Shown here one piece after another: positions 9,226-20,178 of a stretch of DNA of 54,716 nucleotides. Under the pieces are notes generated by a model. The model saw nothing but the letters and a program-made list of their open reading frames with translations, did not search any database and had not been told where the DNA came from. The translations under genes and the position numbers were made by a program. The stretch covers positions 1 through 54,716 of the forward strand of contig JABANN010000194.1 of NCBI GenBank assembly GCA_013115125.1. The letters are read 5' to 3'. The DNA comes from Perkinsus olseni (Eukaryota). Position 1 is the first letter of the stretch. Each line of letters begins with the position of its first letter.

Positions 9226-10696
9226 CTACAATCGAGCCAAGGCCAGACGAGTGGCTCTGTTGATGGCCCCTTCCATGCCCATGCTCACACCATTAGCATT
9301 GACGATGTTGATAGGAGTGTCTCGAACAATACCCTCTAATATAGGGTGGTACAGGCTATGGAAAAGGCCCTTTCTCAAGCTGGACCCCTCAGCTAGGATG
9401 GAATCTCTTAGTGAATCGACAACGTTGCCGATAAGGAAGATACCACCTTGTGGTTTGAACTTCAAGCACAGGAAGGTCAATTCCCGGCCAAGGATCTCCA
9501 TCGCCTTATCACAGGCCTTGGTGCAGACTGGACAGCTACCGTATTTCCCCGCAACCTCAGGAGCTGTCTTCGGCAAATCGGCGAGGTCCATGCCTTCCTT
9601 CTGCCCGTAGAAGCGAGTCAACATTGGGAGAGCCGGCCTGAAATAATCCAAGGTCCGAGGGAAGCTCAACCACGAAAACTTCTCACCCTGCAGTCAAGTG
9701 CTCAACGACCACTCTGGGAACCCCCAAGTCTTTCTTAACAAACTTCAACAACTCGAACTCCTCCCTGAGAGACATCAACACTCGAGGACCGACGTCCGCC
9801 CCGATGGTTCAAACCCACTCATCTTGGGGAGCGAAGCTCACCCACGCGCCTTCCGAGGCATGCGCCGAGACATGATTGGTGGCTCGTGCCGTTACTAAAT
9901 ACCTGATGAGCTTGGAAGGTGCCACAAAGATGAATTCCTCCGTTACTACCCTTCCCCAAGGCCAGTTCCAGGGCCGATGAGAACGCTAGTGATTGCCGGG
10001 GCCGATGTCCGGGCCTTGTTAATTGGTATTCCCGAATTGAGACATATCAGCTCCGACTCATCCAGCATAGGGATACCTCGAGATGACCACACATAAAATA
10101 GGATCCTCCATCTCCCTCCCCTACCCCAGCATGCACTCTCGAAATCGTTGAGAAGAACGATCTTCCCAAGGCCGAGCTTCTCCGCTATAGCATCGCCATC
10201 CGTGTCGACCCAATGGGGTATGTTAGCGATTCGAGCTAAAAAGACACCACACTCGAACAGAGGGAAAGGTTCGGGCCTCGAACTCACCAACTTTATTGTT
10301 CTTCACGTCGCTAGGCAGTCCAACAACACACACCACATTCGACATCTCAGCCTCGTCTAATGCCGGTGCCTCCGATGTGAATCGAGTAAGGGCCTCCTCC
10401 AAACTAGGGCAGGAAGCCGTCGGATACTTGGCAGCGTTTAATAACTGCGTCTTGGTCTTTGGCTGGTATGAAAAAAGCTATCATACGGAGTCCTTCGAGA
10501 CCAACATTACCTCCTCACTCTCCGAATCCGAGCCAGTATCTTTCTTCTCAGCAGCCTTCGATACGAGTAACAGCCGCAGCCTGCAGTTGGTGCCTCCTAT
10601 GTCCCCAGCAATAATGAGTGCCGAGTCTGGCCCTCCAACAGACTCTATAGATCTGTTACGAGGGATGACAGCGTGTCTAGCAGTATGGCCCGGCAT
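9226..10696 (-). CDS. glk: Glucokinase, bacterial Glk-type; multi-exon
   Basis: AGDIGGTN, ANIPHWVD, LLNDFE, GPGTGLGEG, SEGAW and GGIFLIG motifs spread over several exons. Confidence 0.85.
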
Positions 10697-10950
10697 AGTC
10701 AGTGATAGGAATAGCAGGTAGACTAGTAGCGGTAGAACGACGATAGCGATTGGTTGAATACAGGGGAGGGAGATGACGGTGCCGCGGCAGACGCCTTTCA
10801 ATGCAATCTGAACAACTGATAGAAAAAGGACCATCAAACAAGCCGATACTGGCGAAGTACTCAACACCAGAGGAATGCCCCGAAACCTCATGCACACGCC
10901 AGCAGCAGTGATGAGCCATCACGCGGAAACGAAAACGCTCTACTCGCTCT

Positions 10951-13900
10951 TCACTCCTTGAGTTTTTTCTCTCTCGCTCGTCGCTGGACGTACTGCTTCT
11001 TGACTGACTCCTGGTCGTCGGCCGGCATCTCCTCGTAGGCATGGAAGTCCATGGCCCACTCCCCATGACCCTATCAACCCACTCACGCCACCCTCCTGAC
11101 AGCAGCCCCACCTGTGTGATAGACCTCAACTCTGTTGTGAAGCCGAACATGTTCCTCAAAGGGACCTTAGCTCGGACGAGCGTATCCAGGTCGGTCAAGG
11201 CCTCCGATCCCGTGACCAGGCCTTTCCTCACAGTGATACCAGACATCAGCGAACCAGTCTTGTCAGTGGGGACAGTTACTTCCACATTCCTGAGCTCGAA
11301 CCCTCACAACACACAAGCTGAGGTCAGCTGTAGCGGCCTAGCTTCAACGCACGGTTAGCTACTACAACCACGCCTAAGCTACTTACATGACTGGCTGCAG
11401 GATGGTAGGCGATCCACCATAGAATGCTTGCTCGAAGGCACCCTGGGCAGCTGCCTTGAAGGCGACTTCCGAAGAGTCAACCTCGTGGTGCTTGCCGCCC
11501 TCTAGCACTATCCGCAAATTGCAGACAGCCGAGCCCGTCAGAGGGCCCTCTTCCAGACACTCTCGGAAACCTTTCTCAATGTACGCAATGAAGTTCTTGG
11601 GGATCTCATTTCCCTGACATGCGGCTCAGAATACGGCTCAGCCAGACCAAGCTAGAGCGTGTCCGGCGCAGGTTCAACCCCCGGTGCCACCATTTCTCAC
11701 CCTGATATTGTTCTGGAATATAGTCAGGTACTTAGAGGCATTCATAGGAGTGATCTCGCCTTGATACTTCGTGAGGATCTCTTGCACTTCATCATAGCTG
11801 AGCGGCTCGAAATAACCGGTCACCTTGCCGTACTGACCGCGACCGCCACTCTGCCTTTTGTGAGTATAGTCAAACGGCACCTACAACCAAGACTTCAAGG
11901 AGAGAGATGACGAATCAACAACAGCTCAGTACTCTCTCATTAATCGTCTCACGGAAGTTAACCCTGGGCTCTCCGGTGGTGACATTGGCATTATATTCTC
12001 GACGGATGCGCTCGGCATAAATGAATAGATGCAGCTCTCCCATTCCTGAGTCCGCACCGTGTAGACCAAGTCCCACTACCACAGCAGAATTCCCCCACCC
12101 GACACAATAGTTTCCTTCGTGCCAGGATCTGTCGACACTATAAAGGTGGGGTCCTCTCTCTTGAACCTCGCCAAAGCCTTAGCCATCTTCGTTGAATCCT
12201 CCCGGCTAGCCGGTGAGATCGATAATGACACCACCGGGGCCGGGATGTGTAATGGTGACATGGTCCAGTTTATTTTACCTACAACGCCAGGGCCGCTATC
12301 ACCAATAGAAGCCGCACTCTCCGTCCTCTCACCATCAGTACAAGTGACGCCAGAGAAGACGTCCAGGCCTGTGCACGCTACTATATCCCCAGGACCGGCT
12401 GAAGTGACCTCCCTGGTTTCGCTCGAGTGGAGACGGAGCTGCACACGACGATAATGAGAGCGTATGGCTACGACCGCAGCCGACCAGCTTCTTAAGACTT
12501 TGCCGTTTGTTGGTCTTAGTGTCTACTACGCTCTGACCTTTCTTCAAACTGCCTTGGTAAACCCTCATGTACGTTAGAGTGCCGTTGGGGGGAAGATCCT
12601 GGCTCTTGAACGCCATACCTGATGACGGGTGCCTCCCGCACTGCATGGAAGCAGCAGCAGCACTGACGACTACCCAAGAATGGCTTCTTCTCATCAGGCG
12701 TTATCTCCACACGCTCTCCATTACGCGACTGGTCGTAACCGCTGTAGGTCCTGACGGAGTAACAAGGGACCAAGCACTAACTATAGGGCTATAAGGATGC
12801 TATTCGATTGTGAGTGAATGCGATGGCAGCTGTCGCCCATCCGATAGAGATATCAAACAGTATTAAAGACAACTGGGCTGATGCTCACCCAACTACCTAT
12901 CGCCGGGGCTCGGCAGGTATTTACATACAGCATCCAGGAGAGGCTGTACCCCTTTGTTCTTATACGCGGACCCGAGCAGAACCGGACAGAATCTGTCGGC
13001 AAAGTCAAGCCATGCAATCTCCGGCGACGAAAGCTCCGTGTACCCACTTTCTCGCTATTGTTTGACGACGGATGGCCCGCTCTAGCTCATCCGCAGGGAC
13101 GTTCTCGTCTACCAGGAAAGACTCAGCTAGGTCGTCATCCAGGTCTGACAGTAACACACATGCTCACCACCACTTCGTATCACACCTACCCGCCATCAGC
13201 TCCACTAGAGTCTTCCTGGTCTCCTCAACCTGTTCCACCAGCTTTGACGGCACCTTCCAATAAAGACGCTTCACATGGAGGTAAAAAATGAGATGATCCG
13301 CCCACCTCATGCGTATTCCACGAGAGACCCTTGTAGCCCTCGAAGTGATGAGCTTCTCTTCTAATCACATCCACTACACCTGGCAAACCACCGATATGGC
13401 ACGCCGCAGCCGACTCCAGTCGCACCAGCAAACTTATCCTCAGCACCCAACGGTACTTGCGTGAGCGCCGCACAAAGTCCAAGTTTGGTCTTGAGCTGGA
13501 AAAAAAGAGTTTCCCCTCCATCTCTGAGCTCAGTGGCCTACCTGCTTCAATGCGGTGTATGGCTCAGAGCCATACCGGTCCAACTTGTTGATAAAAATAA
13601 TCCTCGGCACTTCATACCTAAAATCCTCGAATTCTCCCAACTTTCGTACATCAGCCTTTCTCAACCACCTCTGCATTTGACGGTCAACTGTGACAGTCTG
13701 ACTCTGTACGCAACCTATTGCGCATACCACCATCACTGCACCATCAAGGACTCGAAGGGACCTGGAAGGGAGCAACTGACACCCCTTACGGCATAACCCA
13801 AGGACCACACCTCTCAACTTCGAACGTAAAGTCAACATGACCAGGCGTATCGATGATGTTAATATGATAGTCATCCTTGTCCTTGGTCGTCCATTGGCAG

Positions 13901-14324
13901 TAGGTAGCGGCACTGGTAATGGTGATGCCTAACAACAAGATCACCCATACCCCCCTCCTTGAGATATTTAACGACCCACCCTTCTCCCTCTCCAGCTCCA
14001 TGTGGTCCATCTTGCACCCCACGCCATCACTGCCCTGTATCTCGTGAATATCTTCTATCCGACCTGGTGCACAAGACCCTCGCCATAGCACGCGATAGGC
14101 CGCCTACTACCAGTATAAAAGAGTACTCTTTCCGTTAGCGTGGTCTTGCCCGAATCAACGTGAGCCGAGATGCCGATGTTCCTCACTCGATCTAACGGCA
14201 GATTGCCTCGGGTCGAGAACCGCCGCTGAGACGCCGCTACTGCCGACCACAGCGCGGGAGCAGCCGACCTCGCTAAGGACCGCGAAAGGGCGTGCCCCGT
14301 AGAAGCCGAGAAAACAAGGAGCAT
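10951..14324 (-). CDS. GFM1: Mitochondrial translation elongation factor G1; multi-exon
   Basis: Transit-peptide-like N-terminus. [83 protein letters not shown]. Stop TGA at 10953-10951. Confidence 0.95.
12806..12890 (-). ncRNA. Candidate single-hairpin box H/ACA guide RNA inside an EF-G intron (12896-12751)
   Basis: Lower stem gggtgag/ttcactc, 8+8-nt internal pocket, upper stem cagttgtc/gacagctg, apical stem tgtttgata/tatcggatg. ACA follows the lower stem, 15 nt from the base of the upper stem. The G-U pairs only work on the host-gene sense strand. Confidence 0.55.
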
Positions 14325-14406
14325 GTGTCAAGAAAGCTACGGAAACGAGAGGTTATCCGACAGATCTCCCTTACTGAACACAGAAGGTAATTCGTACGAC
14401 AACAGG

Positions 14407-15252
14407 CTAGCCACGGATTAGTCTAGATGGCACATGTGAAGTCATGGCCATGCTTGACACCTTCAACAGTCTATTGCACTGCTCATGTACTGCAAGGTCG
14501 GCGGGGAATACCTGCCAGGGGCAGTACACAGAGACAGAGGGAAGAACAAGGCTCGATGGTCACCTTGAGAGCCCTTCGGGCGAGGTCCCTGGCACCAAAG
14601 TCAAGGGCAGTCCAAGTCCCAATATCACAGTAAGTTGAACCACTCGATAAATTGGCCAAAAAGGCCACTACTTCGGTAACCAATCGGGCATCAGCTTTGT
14701 GTGGGAATGCCATATTACCACTAGCAAGGCGGATAAGGACCGATATATACGGTGCCTGACCACATAGTTGGCATTGGCTCAGCCCAATACTCAAAGGGAA
14801 GCCTCATGTCAACACCCTCAGAGATCAACCAATGCCCCCAGCATTGCTGGGCCAGCAAGACGGTCACATGCTAGACATATGCACTCCGCTAGCGATGAGC
14901 CCCCTGCCTACATCCACAGCCGTCTCGATAAAGAATATCCTCATAGTCGGTATTAGGGCGTAATGGCGAAATATTTCACACACCGGAACGGCTACTTCAG
15001 AAGCATATGGGTACTTCGAGAGAGCATGCTGTAGGATAACCTGAAAACTGGATCCACGACGCCGGTAGACGATGGTGAGCTCACGTCCACAACGAGTGTG
15101 GCATCGCCTTCCTGCTCAGCACTCCGTCTCACTATTCTGGACAGCTCCCTCATCAACATGGCTACATGCAACTTATCCACAGAACCTTTGAGCTCCTCGA
15201 GGAGCTTCGCTACGCTAAGCGTCGGAGGCAAGTTGGGTATGTCATGGAGCAT
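14407..15252 (-). CDS. Hypothetical helical (armadillo-like?) protein; multi-exon, start uncertain
   Basis: Exons can be joined through short introns (MLHDIPNL.., VILQHALSKYP.., APYISVLIRL.., VFPADLAVHEQCNRLL). No confident family match. Confidence 0.45.
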
Positions 15253-15390
15253 AGGAAAGGAGTAGCTGAAGAGACACGGGCCACAGTGGCTTCCCTTGTG
15301 GCAGTCTCACGCAGAAGATCCCTTCAGACGCCAGGCCTAGAAGAACACAATACACCAGCCGAGTAGAGATTTATCAAGCAAGGGCTTAGG

Positions 15391-16470
15391 TCATAACTCC
15401 TCGTCATAAGGCGAGCTGCTATGACCCTGGATGGAGGGCGCACTCGTTCGCTGGCGCTGCTGCCGTGATGACGATGCTACGCCTTGGCGTATGGCAGTAA
15501 GGCTCATGTTACGAAGATCCGGCGGAAGGTCCTCCAACGTTAAGTGGGACACAGCGTTCTCCGATGGTACGGAGTACCTGCGACAGCCTATGGACAACCC
15601 AACTGACTTCACGATTCCTGGGTACTACATCTCCCGGAAAAACTCAAAGACCGACCTCGGCGTCCGCCCTGTTGACAGTCTGACAGCGTCGTCGAGCGGC
15701 CCGACAAGTTCGGAGAGGAATCTCGCCCGATCCCTGAACGCTCAGACTAATGGTTCCCAGAAGCCACAGCCGCAACCTACTTTCCGGGTATCTTTTCCAC
15801 ATAGCTAGGGTCGGTGACGGGTAGATAGCCAAGATCGTAGAAGTAGCGGACCTTCATGAACCAACTAACCATCTTCCGCCGGGCATGGTCGAGCTGCCGG
15901 CCTCGAGGGTCGTGAGAGTACCTATTAGATCAGGTAGGGGAGCACGACGAAGGCCCTCCCTACTTCAAGCGCAAGAAGGTGACGTAGTATGGATCTTGGT
16001 CAAGAGAGTGCTCCTCGACGAAATCCTCGATGGTCTCGATGGCGTCCAGTATATCCGAGCTCGCGTACTCCGTGTGCACGTTTGCTGAAAACAGGCTCCA
16101 AAGATACGCTCCCATCACCCGAAGTATGCATGCTAATTGGTGTGATGAGTCCCCCTACCAAAAATAGAGCTCTTCTGCATTTGGTCGGTCATGGCTACCA
16201 TCTGCCAATAGTACCACGCCGTTATAGCCAACATAAGTACTGTACAAGTGAGAGACACATAGACGTCGAAGCCAGGGCCACTCCTCTGCGGCTTGGACGA
16301 GCTTTTACGGCTCGCGACCGCTGCCTCTGCCTGAATGAAAAGAAGCTCAGCCTCCCATTGCTAGCGCTTATCCGCGCAAAAGTTTTCCGATACACCCGCA
16401 CTACACTATCCGTTGGTCCGTCCGTGCGTGATGCCACTGCCGTGGTGCCTTCTGCTGCCTGCCGGGTCAT
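15391..16470 (-). CDS. Hypothetical single-pass membrane protein with C-terminal DEEL; multi-exon
   Basis: The spliced reading gives a TM segment (VYVSLTCTVLMLAITAWYYW), then QMQKSSIFANVHTEYASSDILDAIETIEDF..ELDHARRKMVSWFMKV, ending PYDEEL-stop. Confidence 0.6.
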
Positions 16471-16947
16471 AAGGGCATAGAGGTCGAGAGGAAATAGGTG
16501 GTGGCTCGAGAGGGTCCATCAACGGGCGCGCGCGATGTTGCCGACGATGTGCGGATTTGAAAAGTTGTGTCCTCCGTGCCCCTATTGGTCCCGAATGCCT
16601 CGTGTAAATCGGACGTTATTACCTCACTTTGGCTGTCCCTCAGCGGGCCATCCATGGGCATTCTGCAGGGAGCCGCTTAGCTTCTACCTATCGCCCGATC
16701 TCACGTCAATTTGACAGCCCTACGGCGTATCTGTGCCTCCCTAAATGGTGCACACCATGGTACGTTTGGTGAATGGGGGCATAGTGTTCTTTGCAGAGAC
16801 GGTCTGCCCACAGATAGGGGAGCGAATTGCTTCTTGAAGCTCTCACGACTGCCCTTCGAGTCCCACGGTCATCGGCTTGGCGGAGGGGAAGACCGTCGTA
16901 CTGTCTCACGAGCATGTATCGGCCACCAGGCATTGTTTGCTGTAAAT

Positions 16948-19433
16948 ATGATACCATCTCTCCGGGTGGGAGCAGCTCCGAGTCCACCACAGCCAGCACG
17001 GCTGATAGCTGTCATCGTCAACCGATTTTGTAGGGCACCGTCCCCCTCCCTAGGTCGTGCCACTGTGCTGCAGGTACCACCGCTGGATTCACAGTATCAG
17101 CATCGGGAGTTCCGATGGCTCCTCCCGAACCTGAGCCCGGTGCCTCTATCCATGACCCGACAGTGGTCAGACGGCCTGGTACTGACCGCTGGAGGACCGC
17201 TCGTTGTGGTCAGTTGTCGGTGATCAGGCGACTTGGCAGACCTGAGAACTGTACTTCGGAATTGGTGGAGTTTTCCTGCAGTCGGCTTCAATGCCGTTCT
17301 GGAGATGCCTGTGTAACGCCACCGTCTCTGCTCCCCTAGGGCGCGCAGATGGTGGCCATCAGGTACAAGTTCGAGGTGACATGTCCAGTGAGTGGAGAGC
17401 CAACTAGCAGCGATGACCCGCCGGAGGAGATTGGATCGATCATCGGTAGTACATCAGAGGGCGATCTTTAGCGTGATCATACGTCCATCTACTCTGGTGC
17501 GTCAACAAGGAGAAGTGCCAGAGAGACCGGTTGCGCGTGTCGGCCTCCTTGAGTCCACCTAGTCTTCTGAGTAGGCAGTAGATTAGAGCAGCCGAGCCTG
17601 GGCATCTCATGCGTTAGAGGCCGCTGTTGCTGAGTAGTTCTCCGATGCAATTCGACTCTAGTATGCTGTAGTCCCCAACTCGATATTCGCGGAGCCCATA
17701 CGGAAGGACATTCTTTATTTTACTTACTGGTGGCATCGAGGGTGTATGGCTGGCTATCAGCAGGACATGCAGCTCTTCAAATGGGAGTGGCCGGGCTCTA
17801 ACAAGTAGTCTCTGACTCAGCAGGTGGAGGTCAGGGTGTCGACGACCTCAGGAAAGCTCGGTCGCACAAAAATATTGGAAAGTCTCGTATGGGTCGGCGA
17901 AAGGCTCCAGGAAAGTATGATGGTGTTTTCTCGATCCCCCAACGTCCGCGGGAATGGAGACAAGGGGAGCTCAAACGGCGAGTGTGGAAGTCGCTGAAGT
18001 AGTAGTACGGGGAGTGGCAGAGGATGCCGTGGTGACTGTGATACAGTGTGACAAATTCTTCCCTCTGGGCAGCATAGGATTGATACCGCCTTGGTGCGAT
18101 GAGCTTCTGAGGCTGTGGTGAAATAAGAGTCGCATGCGTGGCTATCATCTATGTGTGGCAGAACTTATTCGTCCCTCTCGCCACTAGAACTCCATCTGAG
18201 TGGTACACGGCAGTGATTATCCGATGAGAACCCTAATAATGGAGGCTTGTTACTCGCCGCCTTGCTCACTCCGAAGAAGGCTTGGTAGTGCTCTATCGTG
18301 CAGGATGATGCTGAGCGCCAAGTTCGCCCAAGGCGAGATAACAGTAGTGGACTCCTTCAACGTCGGCACTCACAAGACGAGACATGTGGCTGCGCATCTT
18401 CGTCGATTACTCGGCCGTCACTGCAACTCTGCACTTTTGGTATTATCCCGACTGCTGTTGCGGCCGGTAGAGGGTATCAGGTCCATGTTGGTACCAGCGA
18501 TGTCAATGATAATTTCCGATGGGGTACAGCCCATATAGCGCAAGTGAGACGAGAAGATGTCGAGGGCGTCTCCACGTAAGTCGCCATGCTGGTAGTAGTC
18601 CTTAGTTGAAGCTGGTTGAAGGAGATAGTGGCGATCGTTGTGGTTTATGGAAGTGCGCTTGAGAGGATTCTATGGTTCGCGCGCTATGGCATGAATTAGC
18701 TTTTATTTGCGGCCCGAATGTACCCTGATGGATGTGTGCGTTTCCTGAAAGTTATTCTTAGTTTTCGACGACTCCTAGGGGTCAGGTACAACCTGTTGAA
18801 GTACAGGCAGATCGTCATCACCGAGCAAGCACTTCACAAACTTATAGCCGAAATAAACAACTATCCGAAGAAGGCAAGTTCCAGAGTCATCACGTTCGCT
18901 GCCACTTCCGAGAATTTCAGAGAGGGTGGTTGCCCAAGCATGCTACTCCTGATGGACGACCGGCTCCCGTACCCGATAAGGTCCCCGGCTGGGTGTCAGA
19001 ATGGGCCGCTAAGAAACAGAGGCTGAAGTGAGACTATCTCTCTACCAGTTACACGCGCTACTCTCGTTCCCCGCAGGGACTCTGAGCTCCGTCAGCGCGA
19101 CTACTTTATGGAGTTTAAGAAGTGGAAGTGGTCACAGAAGCTTTATGGTGCCCTCAAGGTGCTACTCTCCCCTACTCTGTCTGTGTCTAGAGGGAGTAGC
19201 AGGTGCCTCGGTTTGACCCTCTTGCTGGGTTCCGAGTGAAGGACTTCAGCATATTAGAACATCCATACAGCGAGATGAGAGGACAGCGGGCTAAATGGCA
19301 GAAGTAGTATTGAATGGGGGGGGGCTGCAGTGGATGTATTTCGTGAAGGTTTGAGCAACAAGAGGTCTACTATGATGATGAGCCGATCGAGACTGATTTC
19401 AACGACCCTGCGGATGTAGAGGAGACCAGGTGA
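16948..19433 (+). CDS. MRPL4: Organellar (mitochondrial) ribosomal protein uL4; multi-exon
   Basis: Spliced reading: SIFAEPIRKDILY..W, KARSHKNIGKSRMGRRKAPGKYDG, MMLSAKFAQGEITVVDSF, NFRWGTAHI, YNLLKYRQIVITEQAL. Includes a GC-AG intron at 18874-18920. The N-terminus resembles a transit peptide. Confidence 0.8.
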
Positions 19434-20178
19434 GACGGTTGGTCGAAAAAAGTCTGTTGTCGAGCAGTAGTTCTAAGCTCGCTCTACAGTTGACCTGTAT
19501 GTGCTTTCAGTGCTGATATGGTATAGATATAGCTATCATAAACTGAACGTGTTAGTCATGTTTCACATAGACTTTTATACTCCGCACTATTGGTATGGTA
19601 GTATTGTGGCGCAATTACTGTGCATCAAAACAGTGTTATCAGTTCGAGGGTGCATTATCATTCTATTCGCAGCGTTAATAGAGGGCTTCTGTAAGTCTTG
19701 TTGTTGTCTATGACTTGCTCACATTGTTGTTGTTGAGGAGGAGGAGGAGTAGTGGTGTAGGTGTATGTTGGAGCATTCTGAAGCAGCAGTGATAGACCTG
19801 TCTGTGAGGAACTCTGAGATATTCCTACAGCACAGGAAGGATGTTCAGAGTCTCGGCGAGGCCATGTGGAGTGCCAAGAGTACTACTTGCTGTCGATACT
19901 CGTCGGTAAGGTGATGGTCCGAAGATACCCCCAACAGCTACTTTGTCGACCTCAACGATTCTCCCAACTACGACTTCGGTGGAGACGATGGTGATAGTGA
20001 GGATGAACAAGAGCCTCAGGCCTTTGATGATGAGGGTGTCCATGGACAGCTTTGATAATGACGGCTCGCATGTTTCTGTGCGTGTTTCTGCAACGAGGGT
20101 GCTCTTGAGTTGAGCAAGCGTCGGTCTCCTGTTGCATCACAGGGGCTGTCGGCAGTGTTTTTATTGGCATCCCGGTCG

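Noticed and set aside
18874-18920. GC-AG intron in the uL4 gene
   Set aside because: Probably real, but non-GT donors are already known in this lineage and are not novel.
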